Origin: Deferribacteres bacterium
GTDB taxonomy: Bacteria > Zhuqueibacterota > Zhuqueibacteria > Zhuqueibacterales > Geothermadaptataceae
Length of the DNA stretch: 64,000 nucleotides
Reading direction: 5' to 3'
Assembly (NCBI GenBank): GCA_020633655.1
Contig: JACKDF010000005.1
Location: 321,424 to 385,423 of the forward strand
The notes under the pieces were generated by a model. The model ran no database searches. It had not been told where the DNA came from and was given only the letters and a program-made list of their open reading frames with translations. The position numbers and the translations under genes are program-made. Shown in pieces: positions 19,634 to 28,762 of the stretch (positions are counted from its first letter, which is position 1; each line of letters starts with the position of its first letter).

Positions 19634-19831
19634 ATGGAGTTTACTATGTTTAAAGAGGCATTAACACATTTGCACGGGAATGATCTGGTACCAATTATTT
19701 TTCTTTGCGTCTTTATCGTATTTTTTGTCCTGATGATAAGCTGGGTCATGAAAATCGATAAAAAAACAATCAAGGAATATGCAAAGATGCCATTGGACAA
19801 TCCAGATGCCCTTTCCACTAAAGGAGAATAA
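19634..19831 (+). CDS. ccoQ: CcoQ/FixQ-like small membrane subunit
   Basis: 65 aa with a single TM helix and a C-terminal ...YAKMPLDN, positioned between ccoNO and ccoP. The start may be the ATG at 19646. Confidence 0.65.
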   Translation: MEFTMFKEALTHLHGNDLVPIIFLCVFIVFFVLMISWVMKIDKKTIKEYAKMPLDNPDALSTKGE

Positions 19832-19835
19832 ATAT

Positions 19836-20510
19836 ATGGCTCAACAATATGATGATAAACTGTTGGATCACAATTATGACGGGATTCAGGAGTTGGATAA
19901 TAACCTGCCACCATGGTGGCTTAATTTGTTCTATTTCACGATTATTTTTGCTGTAGTTTACGTTTTGTACTATCACGTTTTCAGTATGGGCTTTTTGCAG
20001 GAAGATCTTTATAAAAAAGAAATGGATCCAAATTACGAAAAACCGGCTGAAACAGCGATGGTGATTCCGGGTTACACTAATCCGTATTACACGGGTAAAG
20101 CCGAGCAAACACCTAAATCGTTGTTTGCAAGTACGCTGATGGCCGCACCAGCCCCGACACAACAACTGACTGCACCAACACAGACAGAGTTGACTCCGTT
20201 GACGGATGCCGCTTCTCTTGGCAGTGGCAAACAGATTTGGGCAACGAATTGTATTGCGTGTCATGGTGCGAATGGTGAAGGTCTTATTGGTCCCAATATG
20301 ACCGATGATTACTGGATTAACGGCAAAGGCGATATTGCCAGCATCGTTGAAGTGATTACCAATGGCCGTCCTGTAAAAGGCATGATCCCCTGGAATGCAA
20401 CGTTGTCGCAACAGCAAATACTTGAAGTAGGAAGTTATGTATTAACCCTGCAAGGAACAAATCCACCGAATGCCAAAGCACCAGAAGGCACAAAGGTAGG
20501 AATGGAGTAA
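19836..20510 (+). CDS. ccoP: cbb3 oxidase subunit CcoP, mono-haem form
   Basis: The ORF track starts at 19779. The ATG at 19836, preceded by AAGGAG, gives MAQQYDDKLLDHNYDGIQELDNNLPPWW (FixP N-terminal motif). There is a single CxxCH (NCIACHGANG). Confidence 0.88.
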   Translation: MAQQYDDKLLDHNYDGIQELDNNLPPWWLNLFYFTIIFAVVYVLYYHVFSMGFLQEDLYKKEMDPNYEKPAETAMVIPGYTNPYYTGKAEQTPKSLFASTLMAAPAPTQQLTAPTQTELTPLTDAASLGSGKQIWATNCIACHGANGEGLIGPNMTDDYWINGKGDIASIVEVITNGRPVKGMIPWNATLSQQQILEVGSYVLTLQGTNPPNAKAPEGTKVGME

Positions 20511-20516
20511 AATGAA

Positions 20517-21941
20517 ATGAGTGATGATAAAATGACAGTGAATGCGGATTACAAACGTGATGAGAGTTTTCGCGATACGATCGGAACAGTTGATCAGGCC
20601 GGTAAAAGAATCTGGATTACACCGAAGAAACCAAAGGGAAAGTTCTACAATGCACGAACTATTGTTTCCCTGTTTTTGCTGGCATTGCTTTATTCAGGAC
20701 CATTTATCCGCATAGGTGGGCAACCGCTGTTGTTGGTGAATATTTTCGAACGTAAGTTTGTAATATTCGGTGCTGCTTTTTGGCCGCAGGATTTTCATCT
20801 TTTCGCATTGATGCTGCTCAGTTTTATCATCTTCATTGTCACTTTTACCGCAGTTTTCGGGCGGGTCTGGTGTGGTTGGGCCTGTCCGCAAACAGTCTTC
20901 ATGGAGATGGTGTTCCGGAAAATCGAATATTGGATTGAAGGCGATGCTGCAAAACAAAGAAAATTAAATGCAGCACCCTGGACACCATCCAAAATTTTTA
21001 AAAAAGGTTTCAAGCAAGCAATTTTCTTTCTTATCGCGTTCTCTATCGGCAATACATTCATGGCATACATTGTTGGAAGTGAACAATGGTGGCAGATTGT
21101 CAATCAGTCCCCGGCGGAACATTTTTCGGGCTTTACTGCCGTGATGGTATTCAGTTTTATATTTTACTTTGTCTTTGCTTATTTTCGTGAACAGGCGTGT
21201 GTTATTGTGTGCCCCTACGGGCGCTATCAATCTGTACTTCTCGATAAGAGCTCAATTGTTATTTCCTATGATTTTACTCGAGGGGAGCCTCGTGGGAAAA
21301 AATCCCGAAATAACCCTGATGCAGAATTAGGTGATTGTATCGATTGCCACCAATGCGTCGATGTGTGTCCGACCGGTATCGATATTCGAAACGGTACACA
21401 GTTGGAGTGCGTTAACTGTACCGCGTGTATCGATGCCTGTGATGACGTCATGACCAAGGTGAAACGACCCACTGGGTTGATCCGTTTCGCCTCCTATAAT
21501 GGGATTAAAACAGGCGATAAGCGCATTTTTACCCCACGTGTGATTGGTTATACAGCCGTTTTAATGCTGATTATCCTGATTTTTACCGGTGTGCTTCTCA
21601 CCCGTAAAGATGTGGAAACAACCGTGCTTCGAACGCCTGGTATTTTATACAACGAGACCGCTGATGGTGGCTTCAGCAATGTTTATAATTTTAAAATCGT
21701 GAACAAAACCTTTAATGAAATTCCTATTCATTTCACAATAAAAGACATGAAAGCCAGAATTCGCCTGAATCAAGGTGATCTTATCGTGCCGAAAAACGAG
21801 CTCTATTCATCGACCATGGTCATCGAGCTGCCTCGAAGTGAATTGCATGCAGGTCGAAACAAAATTACTATTCAAGTGTGGCGAGGTGAAGAACTCATCG
21901 AAGATGTGGATACAACCTTTCAGGCACCGGACAAACTATAA
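20517..21941 (+). CDS. ccoG: cytochrome c oxidase accessory protein CcoG/FixG (4Fe-4S ferredoxin-type membrane protein)
   Basis: 474 aa with TM helices. CGWACPQ, CIDCHQCVDVCP and CVNCTACIDAC cluster motifs. Confidence 0.92.
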   Translation: MSDDKMTVNADYKRDESFRDTIGTVDQAGKRIWITPKKPKGKFYNARTIVSLFLLALLYSGPFIRIGGQPLLLVNIFERKFVIFGAAFWPQDFHLFALMLLSFIIFIVTFTAVFGRVWCGWACPQTVFMEMVFRKIEYWIEGDAAKQRKLNAAPWTPSKIFKKGFKQAIFFLIAFSIGNTFMAYIVGSEQWWQIVNQSPAEHFSGFTAVMVFSFIFYFVFAYFREQACVIVCPYGRYQSVLLDKSSIVISYDFTRGEPRGKKSRNNPDAELGDCIDCHQCVDVCPTGIDIRNGTQLECVNCTACIDACDDVMTKVKRPTGLIRFASYNGIKTGDKRIFTPRVIGYTAVLMLIILIFTGVLLTRKDVETTVLRTPGILYNETADGGFSNVYNFKIVNKTFNEIPIHFTIKDMKARIRLNQGDLIVPKNELYSSTMVIELPRSELHAGRNKITIQVWRGEELIEDVDTTFQAPDKL

Positions 21942-21944
21942 AAA

Positions 21945-22415
21945 ATGGAATCAAAGAAAAAAACAAAGTGGCCACTTTATCTGACGCTGGTAATAGCTGT
22001 TTACATGTTATCAATGATATCATGGGCTATTTTCTCCTTTACGCAAAAAGTTGACCTAGTGGAAAAGGATTATTACCAGAAAGGAGTGGCCTACTCCGAG
22101 CAAATTGACAGGATTAAAAGTTCACAAAATTTGCCGGAACAGCCTACCGTTCAAATTGATAAAGAGCGGGATTTGCTTGTCTTGAGTTTTCCTGCTTCTT
22201 TTGACCGGAACAAGGTAAAAGGTCTGATTATGTTCTATAGACCTTCCGATTCGAGTTTGGACTGGACAACACCATTAATGTTTGATGCAAATCACCAGCA
22301 GGTCTTTCCCGCAAGCAAACTGGTGGATGGCTTTTGGAAGATTAAATTGAACTGGTCGGATGGCATCAGAGAATTTTACCATGAACAGAGTTTAACGGTG
22401 GCGAGGGAAAAATAA
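21945..22415 (+). CDS. FixH/CcoH family protein
   Basis: 156 aa. N-terminal TM helix followed by KDYYQKGVAYSEQIDR, in the canonical position after ccoG. Confidence 0.75.
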   Translation: MESKKKTKWPLYLTLVIAVYMLSMISWAIFSFTQKVDLVEKDYYQKGVAYSEQIDRIKSSQNLPEQPTVQIDKERDLLVLSFPASFDRNKVKGLIMFYRPSDSSLDWTTPLMFDANHQQVFPASKLVDGFWKIKLNWSDGIREFYHEQSLTVAREK

Positions 22416-23116
22416 TGTTTATTATGACAGCGCTTGTTTTGGGATTAGTAGGTGGTTTTCATTGTGTCGGTATGTGCGGACCGCTGGTACTGGCTTTGCC
22501 CGGCACCGGAGAAAACTCCCTTCCAGCCTGGACTCGCAAGTTATTTTATAATTTTGGTCGGGCTTTCACATACGCCTTAATGGGATTTGTTATGGGCATC
22601 ATCGGCCAGGCCATTTCTCTCGCCGGATTCCAGAGGGCGCTGTCAATTATACTTGGTGTGACTATCCTTATTATTGTCTTCATTCCCAGTCGCTATACAA
22701 ATTCGATGACCAGTTTTTTCACAACTTCCAAAATTTGGAAAAAAACATTTGGACGCTTGCTGCAAAAACAAACAATTCCGTCTTTTTTCATAATAGGTGT
22801 TCTCAATGGATTTTTACCGTGTGGTCTTGTGTATACCGCACTTGCTGGTGCCGTTGCAACGGGATCTATTGTGAATAGCACGATCTTCATGATCGTTTTC
22901 GGACTTGGTACAGCGCCAATGCTGCTTCTCACTTCCTTGCTCGGCGGGCTACTCTCCGTTCGCTGGAAATCTCTTTTCAACCGTCTCATTCCTATCGCTG
23001 CAACAGCCCTTGCGGTTATCCTCATTTTACGCGGATTGTCTCTGGGAATTCCGTTTTTGAGTCCTGTTTTACAAGACAGCTTTGAAACGGTCAATAAAAC
23101 AATGCACATGCACTAA
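22415..23116 (+). CDS. DsbD_2 / TauE-SafE-like membrane protein commonly found at the end of cco clusters
   Basis: 233 aa, polytopic, with a GGFHCVGMCGPL motif. Its start overlaps the previous stop. Confidence 0.7.
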   Translation: MFIMTALVLGLVGGFHCVGMCGPLVLALPGTGENSLPAWTRKLFYNFGRAFTYALMGFVMGIIGQAISLAGFQRALSIILGVTILIIVFIPSRYTNSMTSFFTTSKIWKKTFGRLLQKQTIPSFFIIGVLNGFLPCGLVYTALAGAVATGSIVNSTIFMIVFGLGTAPMLLLTSLLGGLLSVRWKSLFNRLIPIAATALAVILILRGLSLGIPFLSPVLQDSFETVNKTMHMH

Positions 23117-23292
23117 TTCCGCATTTTTCCTTTCATATACAATCGAAGTTTTTAAATTACTGGGTTCGCGGGAGCGTAATAATTCGGGTATCACTGCCCT
23201 GTACTCCCATTGTATTAACCCGGTTGCCTGACCAAATTGCATTAAAATGAATGAAAACGGCTGTTTGCTCCGTTGCGGGATGAGATGAGAAT

Positions 23293-24066
23293 ATGGTTGT
23301 ATACCTGACACAAGCACTTGGACGCAATGTTTTACAATTCCTCGAACGGGCAGGTGGGACGTTTATTCTACTTGCACAAATAATTTTTGAATCGCGGACA
23401 GCCTGGCGTGACCGACGAATAATCATTGAACAGATGCATGCCGTTGGCGTGATGTCTCTGCCCCTGGTTTCTGTCACATCGCTGTTTACCGGTGCGGTTT
23501 CCGCATGGCAGGCTGCTTATCAGTTTGAAGGAATGGTTTCCCTGACCTACCTTGGTGGTGCCACTGCCATAGCAATCTTCATGGAGCTCGGACCGGTGCT
23601 CACGGCTCTTGTTCTCGCTGGCCGTGTTGGCGCTTCAATCGCAGCTGAGCTGGGGACGATGAAAGTGACCGAACAAATCGATGCATTGGAATGTCTGGCC
23701 ATCAGTCCGGCACGTTATCTCGCCATGCCTCGATTTTGGGGCGTGACCATTATGCTTCCAATACTCACTGTCTACGCGAATATTATCGCTCTCTTTGGCG
23801 CCTATGTCGTTGCATACACATTACTCGAAGTAAGCGGTACTATGTTTTTTGATAGCGTGCAAACATTTTTCGAATTGCGCAATGTTTTGGGTGGTTTGAC
23901 AAAATCAGTTGCCTTTGGTGCAACCATATCGCTTGTCGGTTGCTATGTTGGTTTTCAAACCCACGGCGGTGCCGAAGGCGTTGGACGTTCAACCATTGAT
24001 GCTTTTGTGCTTTCCGCAATTCTTATTTTAATAAATGATTATATTTTGGCTTTGCTGATTTTTTGA
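23293..24066 (+). CDS. mlaE: MlaE-family ABC transporter permease
   Basis: 257 aa. Typical MlaE/Ttg2B pattern (QMHAVGVMSLPLVSVTSLFTGAV...ALECLAISP). Confidence 0.88.
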   Translation: MVVYLTQALGRNVLQFLERAGGTFILLAQIIFESRTAWRDRRIIIEQMHAVGVMSLPLVSVTSLFTGAVSAWQAAYQFEGMVSLTYLGGATAIAIFMELGPVLTALVLAGRVGASIAAELGTMKVTEQIDALECLAISPARYLAMPRFWGVTIMLPILTVYANIIALFGAYVVAYTLLEVSGTMFFDSVQTFFELRNVLGGLTKSVAFGATISLVGCYVGFQTHGGAEGVGRSTIDAFVLSAILILINDYILALLIF

Positions 24067-24092
24067 TAAGTAAAAGTGTGCCGTGATTACGC

Positions 24093-24143
24093 GGCTTTAT
24101 TCATAGACACCAGGATTGGGCAAGAGGATATCCCTGCCCATCC
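24093..24143. repeat. partial copy of the hairpin repeat family (see 25029 and 51011)
   Basis: 24095-24120 ctttattcatagacaccaggattggg closely matches the reverse complement of 51175-51201 (ctttattcatgaacaccatgattgggg). It is followed by the local hairpin GGATTGGGCA/TGCCCATCC. Confidence 0.55.
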
Positions 24144-24261
24144 TTTACTTTGGGCGTTGCAGGAATAGCGCAGATTAATACACAAACAAAAGAAGAATTT
24201 TTAAAATAACTCAGATGTCTTTGCGAAGTGCACCGTACTTTCACCGCTACACGATAATCCG

Positions 24262-24999
24262 ATGATCCAGATTCAAAACGTTTATAAATCTTTCGAAGAC
24301 CAGCCCGTTTTAAGGGGAGTTACCCTCGATATAAAAAGAGGGAGCAGCCACATCATTATCGGACGAAGTGGTTGTGGTAAATCGGTTCTGCTTAAGCACA
24401 TTGTTGGTTTGATGCGACCTGATTCAGGTGATATATTAATTGATGGCCATTCAATCGTCAACATGCGGCGGCGGGACTTGTACAAAACCCGGATTAAAAT
24501 CGGCATGCTTTTCCAGGGCGCTGCGCTGTTTGACTCGATGAACGTTGCCGAGAATGTCAGTCTTGGCGTTCGCGAGCACAGACTTTTTCCCGCGAATGAA
24601 ATCGATGATCGCGTCGCTGCCAAACTGGAATTGGTTAACTTGCCAGGTATTGAAAAAAAATTGCCTTCTGAATTATCCGGTGGCATGAAAAAACGTGTCG
24701 GTCTCGCTCGCGCTTTGATGATGGAACCGGAATACATGCTTTACGATGAACCAACAACAGGCCTCGATCCGGTGACAGCGGATGCAATTAACGATTTAAT
24801 AAACAGTGTGCGTGATAAATTGGGGGTTACTTCAATAGTTGTTACCCACGACATGGCCAGTGCTTACAAGGTTGGCGATTCGATTTCTATGCTGCATGAG
24901 GGGAATGTTATCTTTTCAGGCACACCCGAATCTATTCGCACCCATGAGGACCCTATTGTGCAAAATTTTATTACTGGAAGTAAAGTTGTAATGCACTAA
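24262..24999 (+). CDS. mlaF: MlaF-type ABC transporter ATP-binding protein
   Basis: 245 aa. Walker A GRSGCGKS, signature LSGGMKKRVGLARAL, Walker B MLYDEPTTGLD. Confidence 0.9.
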   Translation: MIQIQNVYKSFEDQPVLRGVTLDIKRGSSHIIIGRSGCGKSVLLKHIVGLMRPDSGDILIDGHSIVNMRRRDLYKTRIKIGMLFQGAALFDSMNVAENVSLGVREHRLFPANEIDDRVAAKLELVNLPGIEKKLPSELSGGMKKRVGLARALMMEPEYMLYDEPTTGLDPVTADAINDLINSVRDKLGVTSIVVTHDMASAYKVGDSISMLHEGNVIFSGTPESIRTHEDPIVQNFITGSKVVMH

Positions 25000-25028
25000 T
25001 TCTCTCGATACCCTGTTTTACGAGTGAA

Positions 25029-25209
25029 CTAGCCTGCTTTATTCGTAAATCCAAGATTGGGGGCTGTGTCAAAACATGAATTAACGGCCGTAACTCGACA
25101 TTTATGTCGTAAGTTTAAGCTTAAAAATGAGCGACATGAATGTCGAGTTACATGTTTTGACTCAGCCCCCATCGCTAACTTTGAGCATTGTATGAATAAA
25201 GCAGGCTAG
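25029..25209. repeat. MITE-like long imperfect hairpin element, full copy A
   Basis: The termini CTAGCCTGCTTTATTC (25029-) and GAATAAAGCAGGCTAG (-25209) are exact inverted repeats. The subterminal GGGGGCTGTGTCAAAACATG (25059-25078) pairs with CATGTTTTGACTCAGCCCCC (25151-25170). There is also an inner GTAACTCGACAT/ATGTCGAGTTAC stem. Confidence 0.75.
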
Positions 25210-25240
25210 ATGACGCAAATTTTTATTAAAATAATCCTGG

Positions 25241-26617
25241 ATGGAGCAGGTTATTAATCGCAAAAAAGAAAAGACCCAATTTGTTTGCCAAAGCTGTGGT
25301 TATGTTGCCATAAAATGGCTTGGCCGTTGTACCGAATGTGGCGCTTGGAATAGTTTTGTCGAAGAATCGGTGGTTGTACAGAAAAGCCACCGGTCCGCAC
25401 AGACTCGTGAAAAATCACAAGCCGTTCCGCTGCATAATATTACATCCCATGAAGATGAGCGAATCCTGTTCCAAAGTGCTGAATTAAATCGTGTTTTGGG
25501 GAATGGCCTTGTTAGGGGCTCCCTGGTGCTGATCGGAGGGGATCCGGGAATCGGTAAATCCACATTGCTGTTGCAGGAAGCAGCGGCCGCGGGAAAACCG
25601 GATTTTCAGGTTTTGTATATTTCCGGGGAAGAATCGAACCAACAAACCAAACTGCGAGCAACCCGCCTTGGACTCGATTCGCAACACCTTTTATTGTTGG
25701 CAGAAACCAATCTTGAAGTCATTTTGCATGCCATTGAAGAATCGAAGCCGCAGCTGGTCATCGTCGATTCCGTACAGACCATTTACCAGCCGGAAATGGA
25801 AAGTGCACCGGGAAGCATTTCACAAGTACGCGAATGTGCACTGCGATTTCTGGAGCTGGCAAAGAGTAAAAATGTCCCGGTGATTCTTGTTGGCCATGTT
25901 ACGAAGGAAGGTTATCTCGCCGGGCCAAAAGTCCTGGAGCATATGGTAGATACACTGTTGCAATTTGAAGGCGACCGGCAACAGTTCTTTCGCATTTTAC
26001 GCGCCGCGAAGAATCGATTCGGTTCAACCCGGGAAATTGGTATTTTTGAAATGCATGAGACGGGCATGATCGATGTTTCCAATCCCTCGGAAATATTCCT
26101 TAGCCAGCGCAGTAGCGAGGCCTCAGGATCTGCGGTTGTTTGTGCGATCGAAGGTACACGGCCAATTCTGGTAGAAGTACAGGCTTTGGTTACGAGCACA
26201 AATTACGGTACGCCGCAGCGCACTGCCACTGGTTTCGATAGCAAGCGTCTTGCCTTGCTTTTAGCCGTGCTGGAAAAACGTATCGGTTTGCGTTTGGGCA
26301 TGTACGACGTGTTTCTCAACGTAGCTGGCGGTGTGCGTTTGGATGAACCGGCTGTCGATCTTGGCATTGTTGTCGCAATCGCTTCTTCCATGAAAAATGC
26401 AACGGTTCCACAGGACATGATTTTTATTGGTGAAGTTGGGCTAACAGGGGAAGTACGTTTTGTCCCTCAACTGGAACAACGAATAAATGAAGCAGCAAAG
26501 TTAGGTTTTAAAAAAGCGGTCGTACCAAATCTTGGTGGGAAAAAAATCACTACCCCGAAAAATTTTGAGCTTATCGAAACAATTCGACTCGATGATTTGT
26601 TTGACCAGATATTCTAG
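25241..26617 (+). CDS. radA: DNA repair protein RadA/Sms
   Basis: 458 aa. N-terminal zinc ribbon (CQSCGY...CTECGAWN), Walker A GGDPGIGKSTL, KNRFG motif, Lon-like C-terminal domain. Confidence 0.96.
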   Translation: MEQVINRKKEKTQFVCQSCGYVAIKWLGRCTECGAWNSFVEESVVVQKSHRSAQTREKSQAVPLHNITSHEDERILFQSAELNRVLGNGLVRGSLVLIGGDPGIGKSTLLLQEAAAAGKPDFQVLYISGEESNQQTKLRATRLGLDSQHLLLLAETNLEVILHAIEESKPQLVIVDSVQTIYQPEMESAPGSISQVRECALRFLELAKSKNVPVILVGHVTKEGYLAGPKVLEHMVDTLLQFEGDRQQFFRILRAAKNRFGSTREIGIFEMHETGMIDVSNPSEIFLSQRSSEASGSAVVCAIEGTRPILVEVQALVTSTNYGTPQRTATGFDSKRLALLLAVLEKRIGLRLGMYDVFLNVAGGVRLDEPAVDLGIVVAIASSMKNATVPQDMIFIGEVGLTGEVRFVPQLEQRINEAAKLGFKKAVVPNLGGKKITTPKNFELIETIRLDDLFDQIF

Positions 26618-26644
26618 ACTTTATTCACTTTATATGGAAATATT

Positions 26645-27790
26645 TTGAGTTCTCAATTCAACTTCCAACTCAAACACACAGACCAAAATTCCAAAGCACG
26701 CCGGGGTAAAATAAGTACAGCTCATGGTGATATTGAAACGCCGGTTTTTATGCCGGTGGGCACGCAAGCCTCCGTCAAATCCCTGAGCCCCCACGAACTT
26801 GTCGATGCCGGCAGCCAGATTATTCTCGGAAATACTTATCATCTTTACTTGCGGCCCGGAACCGAACTTTTGCGCCAGGCTGGCGGACTGCACAAGTTTG
26901 CTAACTGGGATAAACCGATGCTGACGGACAGCGGGGGGTACCAGGTATTCAGTCTCGCCGGACTTCGAAAAATCCACGAAGATGGCGTGCGCTTTCAATC
27001 CCACATCGATGGCAGTTACCACGATTTTACCCCGGAAAATGTCATGGAAATGCAGCGCCTCATCGGTGCAGATATCCTCATGGCCTTCGATGAATGCCCG
27101 CCTCATGATGCCGACGAAAATTACGTGGCACGTTCCAATGCGGTGACTGTCGAATGGGCCAGACGTTGCAAAGTTGCGTGGCTGGAAAATGAGCCGGAGT
27201 ATGGCTATTCACAGGCGTTGTTTGGTATTGTACAGGGTGGCACATTCGAAAAATTGCGGCGGCAAAGTGCTGAGCAACTGGTGGAACTTGAACTACCCGG
27301 TTATTCGATTGGCGGTCTTTCTGTTGGTGAACCCGCACCGGCGATGTATGCCATGACGGAAGTGGCAACAGAGGTATTGCCAATCGATAAGCCACGATAT
27401 CTCATGGGCGTGGGCAAACCGGAAAATCTCGTCGAAGCTGTCAATCTTGGTGTCGATATGTTTGATTGCGTCATGCCGACCCGCAATGGCCGCAAAGGGC
27501 AGGCGTTTACCTGGCAGGGAACCCTCAATTTGAAGAATGCGCAATTCAAGGATGATTTTCATCCCATCGATGAGAAGTGCCGTTGTTATGCTTGTCAGCA
27601 TTTCACCCGTGCTTATATTCGCCATTTATTGCAAGCCAACGAACTTTTCGTCATGCGTCTGGTCAGCTTACACAATATTCAATTTTACCACAATTTAATG
27701 GCCGGGATGCGGGAAGCAATTGAACAAAATCGTTTTGTCGCGTGGCGGAAGGAGTTTTATTCGCGTTACAGGTCGGGTGATAAGGAGTAA
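26645..27790 (+). CDS. tgt: tRNA-guanine transglycosylase (queuine tRNA-ribosyltransferase)
   Basis: 381 aa from a TTG start. HGDIETPVFMPVGTQASVK, DSGGYQVFSL, GGLSVGE, and the zinc site CxCxxC...H (CRCYACQHFTRAYIRHL). Confidence 0.95.
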   Translation: MSSQFNFQLKHTDQNSKARRGKISTAHGDIETPVFMPVGTQASVKSLSPHELVDAGSQIILGNTYHLYLRPGTELLRQAGGLHKFANWDKPMLTDSGGYQVFSLAGLRKIHEDGVRFQSHIDGSYHDFTPENVMEMQRLIGADILMAFDECPPHDADENYVARSNAVTVEWARRCKVAWLENEPEYGYSQALFGIVQGGTFEKLRRQSAEQLVELELPGYSIGGLSVGEPAPAMYAMTEVATEVLPIDKPRYLMGVGKPENLVEAVNLGVDMFDCVMPTRNGRKGQAFTWQGTLNLKNAQFKDDFHPIDEKCRCYACQHFTRAYIRHLLQANELFVMRLVSLHNIQFYHNLMAGMREAIEQNRFVAWRKEFYSRYRSGDKE

Positions 27791-27898
27791 AACCCGGATT
27801 ACTTACCGTTAAACTCCTTGTTTCTTTTTTTATTTTAAATTTTAAATTAATGAGCTGAGAAAAAAACAATATTCAAAAAAACAAAAACGGAGAAAGCA

Positions 27899-28213
27899 GT
27901 GGAACTTTTGAACACATTTCTTTTTATGGGCACGCAACCTGGACAGGGAGCGGCCAATCCAATAGGGACTTTTTTGCCAATCGTTCTGATATTTGGCGTC
28001 ATGTATTTCTTTATGATCCGCCCGCAGATGAAAAAACAAAAGGAGCATACAAATATGCTCGCAAGTCTTGAAAAAGGGGATAAAATCGTGACTTCCGGTG
28101 GAATCTTCGGCAAAATTGTCGGTGTAAAAGAGAATGCCTTTACGATAGAAATTGGTAAAGACAATAAAATCGATATTTTGAAATCAGCTGTGTCACAAAA
28201 GTTGGAGAGTTAA
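27899..28213 (+). CDS. yajC: preprotein translocase subunit YajC
   Basis: 104 aa. TM helix followed by FFMIRPQMKKQKEH...LEKGDKIVTSGGIFGKI. GTG start with a GGAG 7 nt upstream. Confidence 0.9.
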   Translation: MELLNTFLFMGTQPGQGAANPIGTFLPIVLIFGVMYFFMIRPQMKKQKEHTNMLASLEKGDKIVTSGGIFGKIVGVKENAFTIEIGKDNKIDILKSAVSQKLES

Positions 28214-28762
28214 ATGGCCCTTTTGCCCATTCGAAAATATGGCGATCCGGTTCTTCGTGCGAAAGCCAAACCGGTAGAAATATTTGACGAATCATTAGCG
28301 ACTCTTGCAGAGGATATGATCGAAACGATGCGTGATGCGGAAGGCATTGGGCTTGCGGCACCACAGATTGGTCAGTCCCTTTGTTTAATTGTCGTCGATA
28401 TGGCATTAATTGAGGAAGGGAAGGAAGCAGTCGCCTACGTTAATCCTGTCATTCAGGAACGGTACGGCGAAAAATACACCATTGAGGAAGGCTGCCTGAG
28501 CATTCCGGGAATCACGGAAAATGTCACACGTGAACAAAATATTCGCTTAACCTACCAGGATTTAGCCGGCAATGAACACGAAGAAGAATGCAGTGATACT
28601 TTGGCTCGTGTAATCATGCATGAAGTTGACCACTTGCTTGGTGTATTTTTTACAGATCATCTCGGCTCGATGCGGTTGCGTATGTTGAGCAAAAAACTCA
28701 ACGCTTTGCAATTCGAAGCGCAAAAAGAACTCATTGAATTTCGCAAATTGGGGCTTGCTTAG
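28214..28762 (+). CDS. def: peptide deformylase
   Basis: 182 aa. GIGLAAPQIG, EGCLSIPG and HEVDHLLG motifs. Confidence 0.96.
   Translation: MALLPIRKYGDPVLRAKAKPVEIFDESLATLAEDMIETMRDAEGIGLAAPQIGQSLCLIVVDMALIEEGKEAVAYVNPVIQERYGEKYTIEEGCLSIPGITENVTREQNIRLTYQDLAGNEHEEECSDTLARVIMHEVDHLLGVFFTDHLGSMRLRMLSKKLNALQFEAQKELIEFRKLGLA

Noticed and set aside
19818-20417. 199-aa minus-strand ORF inside ccoP. The same applies to 10738..11247, 22693..23109, 24282..24737, 33205..33870, 45454..45922, 48327..48812 and 50170..50760.
   Set aside because: All are antisense shadows of confidently identified genes. None has recognisable motifs and several have Arg/Cys-rich junk composition.
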